Shown here one piece after another: positions 8,446-17,512 of a DNA stretch of 64,000 bases. Within the stretch, counting starts at the first letter, position 1, and every line of letters begins with the position of its first letter. Source of the DNA: Limnothrix sp. BL-A-16 (GTDB lineage: Bacteria; Cyanobacteriota; Cyanobacteriia; CACIAM-69d). Made by a program: the position numbers and the translations under genes. The stretch lies in the NCBI GenBank assembly GCA_041937175.2, contig CP166615.1:3264001-3328000 (forward strand), read 5' to 3'. The notes under the pieces were generated by a model. It saw nothing but the letters and a program-made list of their open reading frames with translations. It had not been told where the DNA came from and did no database searches.

Positions 8446-10181
8446 AATTGCCACCCTACTTCGATCAGATCATCTACCCACATGATGAAGCGAAAGCCTT
8501 TATCTACAAACTCGAGATTTCCAAAGAATTTATGCAGCCCATCTCGCATTACTGCACTCCAAATTCTAGAGCTTTGATTCTGGAAGTACAAATCAAAAAT
8601 TGTCTGGGCTACGTCACGATGTATAGGGCGATATTTCTTCGGATCGAGCAAAATAGCATGGCGATCCTTTAAAGCAGCCCAATCACTGTAGATATGACTC
8701 CAGTTCGCTTCAGCACCTGTTTTGTTGTTACGATCGCAATAGCTATCCAAAATTGCTAGCTCATCCCAGGGGCAAGTCCATTGCACAAATCGACCGCTGT
8801 TGAACACGATGCGGATGGTGACTCGATCGCGCCCTAGGTTTTTTGAGCGTTGTTCAGCTTCTCGGCAATGCTGCAAAATATCGCGTTGTGGAACCTGATG
8901 ACCAGCCCAAACAAACCCCACGCTATACGTCAGCTTAAATCCCAATTCGTGCTGCGTATCTGCTTGGATTTGTTGCCATTTCTCGGGGAGCTTTTTTAGC
9001 CAGTTCCATGCTTCAATCGGCTGAACTTTTGCTGGCAATTTATTTGAGTTACTAGGCTCTTCGCTATAAAGAACACCAAGAAAGTCATCCCCACCAGCAT
9101 AAATCACACGCCCCTTTCCCTCAGGAAATAGCTCTTTTGCTTTGGCAAACTTTTGCCCCCAATTTCGCATTAAGGTTGAAAATCGTTGAAGATTGCGATC
9201 ACGTTTTTGGGGGCTATCAGGATAGCGATTAGCCAGGTCAGTTAGTTTGTCACCCACCTTGTCACCATCGCCCATAAACCAACCTGTCCAGTAATCCTTC
9301 TCGCGGTAAATATCGCGAAACGACGTTTCAGGATGATCAATGCCAATATCAAGCGCTAATGGCTCAAAGGTAACAAGGCGTTTTGCCAGCTCAGGAATGC
9401 TCAAGCGTTCGCGGGGGCTGATAAATTTCCCGCCGTCATTATCTGGATTAGCAAAGTGATCCTTCAGTTCCTGATCAGAAGGAAATGATTGATGGCAGCG
9501 CTTAAAATCATCCAAAATCCAGGCTAAGCGAAGATAAAAACGCTCGATATCCTGTCTTTCGCTGGCTGAAAACGATCGCCCTGGATTGTTGTCAGGTTTG
9601 CCCAATCCGGGCCAGGCGATCGCATCAGTTCCCGTAATACTGGAGCTTTCACCAACCCAATTAATCCCAATCCAATCCCGCTTCAGCTTACGAGTTTCCA
9701 AGTCCTCCATCGCTGATTGGGGTGTTGTGCCATAGCCCCAAAACACTTCCCACGCATAGAGTCCCCAGCGCTCCCACTCACCGGCCCCACGCCGATCGCC
9801 CGGGATGGGCTGTGACCAAAAGTAGGACTCACTGGGTAGGTTCTGCTCAATCCAGCATCGGCAAGATTGAAGGAGCATTTGCCAATGCTTGAGCAGACTC
9901 TTTTTGACATCATGGCGCTTAATTTTTGGCCCTTTCAGCAAAATGCGATTGGGCATACCTCTTTGATGATCAATGCAGGCAGGGGAAATTACTTCAGCGC
10001 TCTGCCCATCTGCATTTCGGGTTAGGTCTTCAATTAGTTTTTGGCTCAGATAGGACAAAATTTGGGAAGCGCCAAACAAATCACGCAACTTACGAGACTT
10101 TTCGATGAACCCTTGGACGGGCGCAAAACTAATGGCGGTGTAAATGACGGCGGAATCAGACATCTTCTGTTCTGAAGTCAT
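8424..10181 (-). CDS. cas10: Cas10/Cmr2 large subunit, short HD-less form with intact palm cyclase motif
   Basis: Starts directly at ISFAPVQGFIEKSRKLRDLFGASQILS; GDGDKVG and VIYAGGDDFLGV (GGDD); no N-terminal HD domain; 585 aa. Confidence 0.92.
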   Translation of the reverse strand: MTSEQKMSDSAVIYTAISFAPVQGFIEKSRKLRDLFGASQILSYLSQKLIEDLTRNADGQSAEVISPACIDHQRGMPNRILLKGPKIKRHDVKKSLLKHWQMLLQSCRCWIEQNLPSESYFWSQPIPGDRRGAGEWERWGLYAWEVFWGYGTTPQSAMEDLETRKLKRDWIGINWVGESSSITGTDAIAWPGLGKPDNNPGRSFSASERQDIERFYLRLAWILDDFKRCHQSFPSDQELKDHFANPDNDGGKFISPRERLSIPELAKRLVTFEPLALDIGIDHPETSFRDIYREKDYWTGWFMGDGDKVGDKLTDLANRYPDSPQKRDRNLQRFSTLMRNWGQKFAKAKELFPEGKGRVIYAGGDDFLGVLYSEEPSNSNKLPAKVQPIEAWNWLKKLPEKWQQIQADTQHELGFKLTYSVGFVWAGHQVPQRDILQHCREAEQRSKNLGRDRVTIRIVFNSGRFVQWTCPWDELAILDSYCDRNNKTGAEANWSHIYSDWAALKDRHAILLDPKKYRPIHRDVAQTIFDLYFQNQSSRIWSAVMRDGLHKFFGNLEFVDKGFRFIMWVDDLIEVGWQLCRNSNL

Positions 10182-10200
10182 GTTGAAAGTCCCGTGGCCT

Positions 10201-10313
10201 AATCAAGCTTGAAGCGACTTGATTGTTTTCACATCTGTGCCTTGGCTACCATCCTAAGGGATGCATCCCCTAAGCGAGGTGTAAGTTTTGATATTGTTTA
10301 TTAAGCAACATCA
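10201..10313. promoter_or_regulatory. Divergent cas10/WYL promoter region with three inverted repeats
   Basis: AATCAAG-N10-CTTGATT (10201-10224); perfect GGGATGCATCCC (10258-10269); imperfect TGATATTGTTTATTAAGCAACATCA (10289-10313). Confidence 0.5.
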
Positions 10314-10408
10314 ATGCTTGTAAGGCTTTGTGTTGTTGGGTTTGGCGCGATCACCCTCTGGCCGGGAAAATAATATTTCTGGGTAGGCGGACGGCTGGAG
10401 ATGTGTTA

Positions 10409-11575
10409 ATGGCAACCCGATCGCATCATGGGTACGAGGAGCCGATCGCCTTCGATCGCCTGCTGCTGTTGGCGGCCCTGTTGGCTCAGGAGCCGGGCAG
10501 CGGAGCGATCGAAGCGGGGGGCTTGGCTGCGATCGGGGCGGCCCTGCGCGATCGGGCGACGGCCCTGGGGCGGCCCTTTCCGGCAGATTACCCCTCGATT
10601 CCGACCTTGCGGAAGGATTTGGCCACCTTGCGGGCCTACGGACTGCTGGGCGATCGGATGTATCGCTGGGGCTATTACCTAGGGGTGGGTGGGCTGTCAG
10701 CGGCGGAACTGACGATCGCCCTGAATGGGTTGCGGCTGATGGCGATCGACCTGGGCGATCCACAGGTGGCCCAATGCTGGGAGGCGATCGAGCGGCGGCT
10801 GAAGTCTTGGGATGCGGAGGCCAAGGGGCAACTCACCTATCTGCTCCGGCGATCGCTCTCGCGCCCCGTGAGTGAGCAAGACCCGATCGCCCGGATGCAA
10901 CGGGGTCAAGATTGGGATCGGCTGGCGGAACGGTTGGAGGCGATCGAGCAGGCAATTTTGACCGGCCAGGCGATCGAACTGAAGGTGGCCCGCTCACCAC
11001 ACCCGGACGATCGGGGCGATCGGGAGCGGCTCTATCCGTTGCAGTTGCTGTTTTACGACGTGGGTTGGTATTTGCTCTATGAAAAAGTGGATTCGGGCCA
11101 GTTTGCCACCCGGCGGATCGATCGCCTGAGTGCGGAGGTGCGACCGTTGCCGTTGCCGCCCCGGGGCTTACGGATCCAATGGCAACGGCTGCGGAAAGCG
11201 ACGGATCTGCTTTCGGCCGGTTGGGGACTGTTTTTAGGGGAAGCGACGGAACAGGCGCAGGAGTTGGCGGGGCGGGAATCGTTGGTGTCGGCGGCGGTGC
11301 GGTTTTGGCGGCCGACGGCGGATTTTATTGCGGAGGGCGATCGCCGCCACCCATCCCAGGAGATGAGCTGGGGAAGTTCGACGGGCGAGGGGCGCGATTG
11401 GTTGGATTTTCGGGTGCGGTTGCCGAGGCGATCGATCGCTGAGTTTGGGCGGTGGGTGCGGCGGTATGGGAGCGATGCGGTGGTGCTGGAGCCGCCGGAG
11501 TTGGTGGCGCAGTTTCGGCAGATGGCGATCGCCCTGGCCCAGGCCTATGGGGTTGGGGCAGGCGGTTCTAGCTGA
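10409..11575 (+). CDS. HTH-WYL-WCX transcriptional regulator divergent from the cmr operon
   Basis: wHTH motif TLRKDLATLRAYG; WYL motif YPLQLLFYDVGWYLLY and RRIDRL; WCX tail WVRRYGSDAVVLEPPEL. Confidence 0.88.
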   Translation: MATRSHHGYEEPIAFDRLLLLAALLAQEPGSGAIEAGGLAAIGAALRDRATALGRPFPADYPSIPTLRKDLATLRAYGLLGDRMYRWGYYLGVGGLSAAELTIALNGLRLMAIDLGDPQVAQCWEAIERRLKSWDAEAKGQLTYLLRRSLSRPVSEQDPIARMQRGQDWDRLAERLEAIEQAILTGQAIELKVARSPHPDDRGDRERLYPLQLLFYDVGWYLLYEKVDSGQFATRRIDRLSAEVRPLPLPPRGLRIQWQRLRKATDLLSAGWGLFLGEATEQAQELAGRESLVSAAVRFWRPTADFIAEGDRRHPSQEMSWGSSTGEGRDWLDFRVRLPRRSIAEFGRWVRRYGSDAVVLEPPELVAQFRQMAIALAQAYGVGAGGSS

Positions 11576-11976
11576 TTGAGGGCCCCGCAGATATATTTCT
11601 TGACGGTTTCGCGGCTGGCGGTCACGCCGCTGGGCAAGGTAAACACCATCTCAACGGTGGTTTGGTTATTTTCTGCGAAGGCAAATACGTCAATGGGCAA
11701 GGCCCGTTGAAAGGCGGTGGCGGGATTTTCGGCGCGCATCGTACCGTTGGCTACGTCGGTGCTGAGGGTGCGAATGCCTTCGCGGGCCAAAATCACCCGC
11801 AGTTGAAAGAAGGCTCTTTCGACGGATAGGCCTTGGACTTGGACGCGGGCGAAGTAGGCGGAACCGTTGAAGAAGTCGCCTTTTTTGTCGAAGCTTTCTT
11901 CGCAGGTGGTGGCCAGGGCGGGCGTGCCAAGGCAGAGCAAGGCCAGGCTCAGGAGGAGCGATCGCATGGTTTGCAT
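11545..11976 (-). CDS. Secreted hypothetical protein
   Basis: Signal peptide MRSLLLSLALLCLGTPALA; Cys near both ends of the mature region; 3' end overlaps the WYL gene by 31 bp. Confidence 0.7.
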   Translation of the reverse strand: MQTMRSLLLSLALLCLGTPALATTCEESFDKKGDFFNGSAYFARVQVQGLSVERAFFQLRVILAREGIRTLSTDVANGTMRAENPATAFQRALPIDVFAFAENNQTTVEMVFTLPSGVTASRETVKKYICGALNQLEPPAPTP

Positions 11977-12195
11977 GATCGGGTCGAAGAACAAAACCTC
12001 AGGATTGCCGATCGGGAATGGGCATGGCCATAGCGGTGTGACACAAAGGAGCCACAGCACGCGATCGTGTAGAGCAATGATGGCGGCCCAAGTAATCGGA
12101 AATAGTCGGCTTGCCCGATCAACCGATCCACAACCTCCGCGAAACAATGCGGGTTTTAGTCGATCGCCCCAGGTTGTGGATCGGCTCATTGTTGA

Positions 12196-12465
12196 CTAGC
12201 CGACCGTGATATTCGGCTCCTCGCAGAAATTCACCAACACCGTTTCGCTTTCCGACTCATCCTCAAACACAAAGCTGATGTACCACTCACAGGGCGAATC
12301 ATTCGTATGTTCCGCCCAAGTGACCGTTGCCCCCTCCCCAGAAGCAATTCCCTCTTCTGGCAAATCGAACTGCGACCACTCCTCATCATCGGGCGAAACC
12401 CAAATTTCCAGAATGGTTTGATCGGTGTTGTTGGTGACCGTAAAGCTAAACAAATCGTCCGACAT
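12196..12465 (-). CDS. Small very acidic beta-rich hypothetical protein
   Basis: 89 aa; FTVTNNTDQTILEIWVSP...C...C pattern; D/E-rich. Confidence 0.6.
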   Translation of the reverse strand: MSDDLFSFTVTNNTDQTILEIWVSPDDEEWSQFDLPEEGIASGEGATVTWAEHTNDSPCEWYISFVFEDESESETVLVNFCEEPNITVG

Positions 12466-12679
12466 GGGGGGTATATCCCAAAATTGCAGAATACGGCTCC
12501 GTTCTAGACTCCAAACCGGGTCGCTGTGGGCTTTCCTTAGCTTTTCTTCACCACGCCGTTCCCTTGCCCGCAATTCAAATTTCAACTCCTATGCTGAAAT
12601 GAAACCCTGGTCGATCGGGCGTTCCTGAACCGATCGGTCTTGGTTTTGATGGTTTTTGATCAATTAGGAGCAAGATTCG

Positions 12680-13444
12680 ATGAAATGGACTGGCAAACAA
12701 GGCCCATGGCTCGCGGGCCTGTCCCTCGCGATCGCCAGCACCGCCGCGATCGGGGGTTGGGGATTTAGCCAATGGCGGGGCCAACAACCCGCCGCATCGG
12801 CCCAAGGTTCCAACCCCATCGCCCAGGCCAGCCCCGCCCTTTGTCCTCCCGGCGGGGACGCGGCCGGCGGCATGGCGCATCATATGCACTCGATGCAGGT
12901 GAGCAGCGAGTTTGAATTCATCAGCCACATGATTCCGCACCACCAGGAGGCGATCGACACGGCCAAGCTCGTGCGCGATCGCACCCAACGGCCGGAAATG
13001 CGGCAATTTACCCAAGCGATTATTGATGCCCAAAGCCGGGAGGTGAGCCAAATGAAAACATGGCTGCAAACCTGGTATCCCAACCAAACCAGCACCCAGG
13101 CCTACCAGCCCATGATGCGCCCTCTGGAACCTTTGCAAGGGGATGCGCTGGATCAGCAGTTCTTGCAAGATATGGTGATGCACCATCAAGGGGCGGTGAT
13201 GATGGCCCAAAGCCTGATTCAAGGCAAGTTGGTGAAACATCCGCCCGTGCAGTCGATGGCTCAGGATGTGATTCGCACCCAAAGCCAGGAGATTGATCAG
13301 ATGCAAACCTGGTTGGGGGCTTGGTTCCCGAACGGTGGCCAATGTGGGCGATCGACGACGGATTCCACGGGCAACGGGTTAATGCACCACGGCATGAACC
13401 ACGGGAACATGAACCACGGCATGAACCATGGGAAACAGCCTTAG
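12680..13444 (+). CDS. DUF305 / CopM-like metal-binding protein
   Basis: Signal/TM N-terminus; two MIPHHQEAI / MVMHHQGAV repeats; His/Met-rich tail. Confidence 0.85.
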   Translation: MKWTGKQGPWLAGLSLAIASTAAIGGWGFSQWRGQQPAASAQGSNPIAQASPALCPPGGDAAGGMAHHMHSMQVSSEFEFISHMIPHHQEAIDTAKLVRDRTQRPEMRQFTQAIIDAQSREVSQMKTWLQTWYPNQTSTQAYQPMMRPLEPLQGDALDQQFLQDMVMHHQGAVMMAQSLIQGKLVKHPPVQSMAQDVIRTQSQEIDQMQTWLGAWFPNGGQCGRSTTDSTGNGLMHHGMNHGNMNHGMNHGKQP

Positions 13445-13874
13445 GCTTCGTTGTATTCGCCATCGGGTTTGCACCGTGGTGATTCGCCACCATGATTAGT
13501 CTGGGTCAATAGTCCAGCAGGGGCCGTATAGGGCCGGCCGCTAGCATCCATCGGGAATGGCATGGGATCACCATCCCGATCGCCCATCGATTTTGGTTGA
13601 CTATGGTTGATTCTTAAAGAAATGGCTAAGGAACAAGCAGCCATTAGCCACAACTTCAACGAATTTTCTGAGGAAATGGCCCTGGCACTTTCTGGGACAA
13701 TTTGGACAACCCAACGCCCCGGGGACATTTTCTGAGCCAAAAAACTTCTGAGCCAGAAAAACCGTCAGGAAATTTTTACAAATTCCACAGGGGGGCGATC
13801 GCCGGCCGGCGGGAACCTTGGTATCGTGGAGATATAAATCGTATACCGCAATACGAAATAGATCAGGAAGCTTA

Positions 13875-14016
13875 GGGTGTGTCGTCAAATCGCCTGAAAC
13901 CCTGATTCCACCGTTGGCAGATCGTGGAAGACAAGATGCTCAAGCCCCTTGTGACGACGACTGGGACATGTAAAATCAATCGTTTCTGCCTGATCCTAGG
14001 AAATGACGACAGACCC
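13875..14016. mobile_element. 142-bp MITE, full copy A
   Basis: 13-bp terminal inverted repeats GGGTGTGTCGTCA / TGACGACAGACCC (12/13 match), TA on both flanks, homologous to copies at 23.5, 29.5 and 44.0 kb. Confidence 0.75.
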
Positions 14017-14152
14017 TATTTCCTAACGTTATATTTGCGCCGTTTTAGCGCTAGTTTGGCGCTGTTCTGGTGCTTTGCGAGGGTTCGCTCACGCCACCTC
14101 ACTGCTCGATCGATTCATAACTGCCGAATCTGTTCCTCAAGAATTTCACCGT

Positions 14153-14905
14153 ATGCTGGCCAGCGATCGCGCCCTGAAATTTAATCCCCTGGATGCGGGG
14201 CAACCCAGCCGCATCCTGATTGTTGAAGACGAAGAACTGATTCGCGATATGGTTGCCGCGGCCCTGCGCGACGAGGGCTATGAAGTATTAGTGGCGGCCG
14301 ATGGGGCTGCGGCCTTGAACCTGTTGAATCTGAACAATCCCGGCGACATGAACCGCCCGCCCGACTTGATTGTTCTGGATTTGATGTTGCCCCGGGTGAA
14401 TGGGCTGGATCTGTGTCGGCTGTTGCGCCAGCGCCAAGATCCCGTGCCGATTTTGATGCTGAGTGCTAAGGGCAGCGAGACCGATCGGGTGTTGGGGCTG
14501 GAAGTGGGGGCTGATGACTACCTCACGAAGCCCTTCAGTATGCGGGAGTTGGTGGCTCGTTGCCGGGCCCTGCTGCGGCGCAATCGGATCGTGAGCGCGG
14601 CCCAACCGGAAGTGCTGCGCTATCGGGATATTGAACTGTATCCCCAGGAATGCCGGGTGGTGGTGCGAACTCAGGAAGTGAACCTGTCACCGAAGGAATT
14701 TCGACTGCTGGAATTGTTTGTGCAACATCCCCGGCGGGTTTGGTCTCGGGAGCAATTGCTGGAGCGCATTTGGGGCATTGACTTCATTGGCGACAGCAAA
14801 ACCGTTGATGTGCATATCCGCTGGCTGCGAGAAAAGATTGAGCTAGATCCCAGCACGCCTGAATACATCGTCACCATTCGCGGCTTTGGCTATCGATTTG
14901 GTTAG
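14153..14905 (+). CDS. sphR: Phosphate regulon response regulator SphR/PhoB (OmpR family)
   Basis: Receiver domain (VEDE, LDLMLP, DYLTKPF) plus winged helix (KTVDVHIRWLREK); adjacent to kinase and phoU. Confidence 0.88.
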   Translation: MLASDRALKFNPLDAGQPSRILIVEDEELIRDMVAAALRDEGYEVLVAADGAAALNLLNLNNPGDMNRPPDLIVLDLMLPRVNGLDLCRLLRQRQDPVPILMLSAKGSETDRVLGLEVGADDYLTKPFSMRELVARCRALLRRNRIVSAAQPEVLRYRDIELYPQECRVVVRTQEVNLSPKEFRLLELFVQHPRRVWSREQLLERIWGIDFIGDSKTVDVHIRWLREKIELDPSTPEYIVTIRGFGYRFG

Positions 14906-16445
14906 TGTCCTAGTCGGTTTAGGACTGGGGCTAGGGGTTGGGGTGTGGCAACAGGCGCGGCTGCGTTCTCGCCTGATGCAGCTTTTTGCGCCCATTTTGG
15001 CCGATGAGGTGGCGATTCCGTTGGGGCTGGAGTCCTTGGTGCGGCGCGGAGTGGTGGCGGCGCTCGATCGGGAAGTGGCCCTGGAGTCTCAGCTCGAAAT
15101 CTGGGAGAAGGCCCTGGCGGCGGCTCCGATCGCCTTTCTGTGGGTCGATCGCGATGATGGCCTACGGTGGTGCAATGATCGGGCCCGGGAATTGTTCGCC
15201 ATCCGTCAGTGGCAACCCAGCCAAGACCGGCTCTTGATTGAGGTGGTGCGCTCCTACGATTTGGATCAGTTGGTGCAACAAACCCGGCGGGGCCGGCTCA
15301 CTTGCCAACGGGACTGGACTTTTTATGGGGATCCACGGCCGGAACCCACGGAACCGACGGAGGGCCCGGAGTTCAGCGACCACGGGACGATCGATCCGCC
15401 ATTGCCGGGGCCGGGAACCGCCACCAAGGGGGTGGGGCTGGCCCTGCGGGGGTGGGGAATTCCGCTGCCCCATGGTCATGTGGCGATTTTTGTGGAAAAT
15501 TGCCAACAGATGGTGGATTTGGCCCGCAGTCGCAACCGGTGGATTAATGATTTGGCCCATGAGTTGCGCACGCCCCTCACGTCCATTCAATTGGTGTTTG
15601 AAACCCTGCAAAAGCAACTGGAACCGCCCTTGAGCCATTGGGTTGATCGGGCGATGCCGGAAGTGAAACGGCTGGTGCGCTTTGTGCAAGATTGGCTGGA
15701 TTTGAGCCAAATGGAACAGAATCCGGGGCAAATTTTGCGTCTGGAGGTGTTGGACTTGGTGGAGGTGGCCCAGGCGGCTTGGCAGTCGGTGGAACCCTTG
15801 GCGGAACGAAAATCGGTGGCCCTGGTGCTCGATCGGGATGGGTTAGATCATCTTTGGCTCCAGGGCGATCGGGCCAAGCTCCATCGGCTGCTGTTGAATC
15901 TGCTGGACAATGCGATTAAGTACAGCCCGGAAGGTGGGCAAATTTGGCTGCACATTTCCCAAGATGCGCCGGCCTTGACCTTGCCCCAGCCGCCCAAGGA
16001 GTTAGCGGAGGAATTGGCGGAGGAATTGGGTTTGGCGAGCCAGTCGGGCGATCGCGCCTCGGAGTCTGACCCGCACTGGGCCGCCGGAGCGCCCCAGCCC
16101 AACCCCCAAGCGGCCAGCGACTCCCCCGACCCAGACAATGACCCGATCGCCACCTGGGCCTATGCCGACGTGATCGATATGGGGCCCGGATTTTCGCCCA
16201 CGGATTTACCTCACATTTTCGAGCGGCTCTATCGCGGCGACGCTTCCCGCACCCGCGAAACCGATGCCATGATTGCGCCCCAGTTACCCAGCACCGGCAG
16301 CGGCCTGGGGCTAGCGATCGCCCGGCAAATTGCGATCGCCCATGGGGGACAAATTACCGGCAGCAACGACCCCAAAACCGGCGGCGCAAGGCTGCGGGTG
16401 GCCCTGCCGATTCGGGCCATCCGTCAACCCCTGGATGATCTGTAG
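14886..16445 (+). CDS. sphS: Phosphate-sensing histidine kinase SphS/PhoR
   Basis: N-terminal TM, PAS-like region, H-box LAHELRTPL, N-box NLLDNAIKYS, G-boxes DMGPG and GSGLGL. Confidence 0.88.
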   Translation: MAIDLVSVLVGLGLGLGVGVWQQARLRSRLMQLFAPILADEVAIPLGLESLVRRGVVAALDREVALESQLEIWEKALAAAPIAFLWVDRDDGLRWCNDRARELFAIRQWQPSQDRLLIEVVRSYDLDQLVQQTRRGRLTCQRDWTFYGDPRPEPTEPTEGPEFSDHGTIDPPLPGPGTATKGVGLALRGWGIPLPHGHVAIFVENCQQMVDLARSRNRWINDLAHELRTPLTSIQLVFETLQKQLEPPLSHWVDRAMPEVKRLVRFVQDWLDLSQMEQNPGQILRLEVLDLVEVAQAAWQSVEPLAERKSVALVLDRDGLDHLWLQGDRAKLHRLLLNLLDNAIKYSPEGGQIWLHISQDAPALTLPQPPKELAEELAEELGLASQSGDRASESDPHWAAGAPQPNPQAASDSPDPDNDPIATWAYADVIDMGPGFSPTDLPHIFERLYRGDASRTRETDAMIAPQLPSTGSGLGLAIARQIAIAHGGQITGSNDPKTGGARLRVALPIRAIRQPLDDL

Positions 16446-17512
16446 CGCTTGACGATCGGGCGCAATCCCCAAAAACACCAACAACCGGGGCGATCGAGCT
16501 GTTTGGTAGCCAACAGCACCCCAACCGGTGCAGAAATTTTGAACAATCATCTCAGGGGCGACTCTTCCCGGGATTGCGGCAGATCAGCCCACTAAAGTTT
16601 GGTTAAATTCCCACTAAACTTCTGAGCTGGAACCCCCATCTTAAGAAAATATAAGATATAAAGGAAAGGCAATCTTTTGACATGCATCCATTAATTTCTC
16701 ATTTCCATTCCCCTTTTTACCGAGGCATTTTTATTCCAATCCTTATCCATCAGACAATCGCCAATTAGTCCAATGGCAGCCTTGATTAATCCTAGATTGA
16801 TCTTTCGCAGATTGTCCTTTCATGAACCTTTGATCAGACAACAGCATGAGTCATTAAGTATGAGTCATTAATCACCCCAGTCGATGTTTCGTCATCATTC
16901 CTTGCGATCTTCCCGATCGCTCAAAAATTGTCAAATCCATCAAGATTGATTGGAGTTTGACCCAGCAATCCCTAATTCTATTTCTGTCCGTTGCCTAGCA
17001 GCTTCCCAGAAACTTCCCGGAAATTTTTCCAGTACTTTTGGATCAGCCTTTCCCTAGTCATCAAACTCTCGGCGCGATCGGCTTTGTTCAAAATTTCTGC
17101 CCGAATTTCTGCCCAAAATATTCATAGCCAAGCGTCAAGCCCCTAAGCCACACTCATCTTTCTTTGCCAGACCCCAAACCAAGAGCCAGCAATTCATCAA
17201 GAATTTATGGTGCGATTCATGGTTTTGAGCCTTCGCTTCCCCCGATCACGCCATTCGTGACTCCTCCATCCTCTAGCTCTTTTTCTCATCTCTTCTCATC
17301 GATCAATGTAGCTCGTAGGCTTTTAGGGCATTGGTATTTTGGTTCTTTGAAGTGAGTGTTTTCAATAGAACTGAGCGGGCAGGGTCATTGCGGGGCAAGG
17401 TCTAAATTCAAAAGAAAATCATCAACAAGACATCATCATGAGCCGATGATCACGGTTTCCAAAGTAGGGTTGGGGCGAGCTGTTGATTCATTCCGTCGTT
17501 TATGAAGGTTCC

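Noticed and set aside
12575..13342. 255-aa minus-strand ORF and many similar long antisense ORFs (e.g. 18224-19144, 23645-24559, 52556-53485)
   Set aside because: Shadows of well-supported GC-rich genes on the opposite strand; no recognisable motifs
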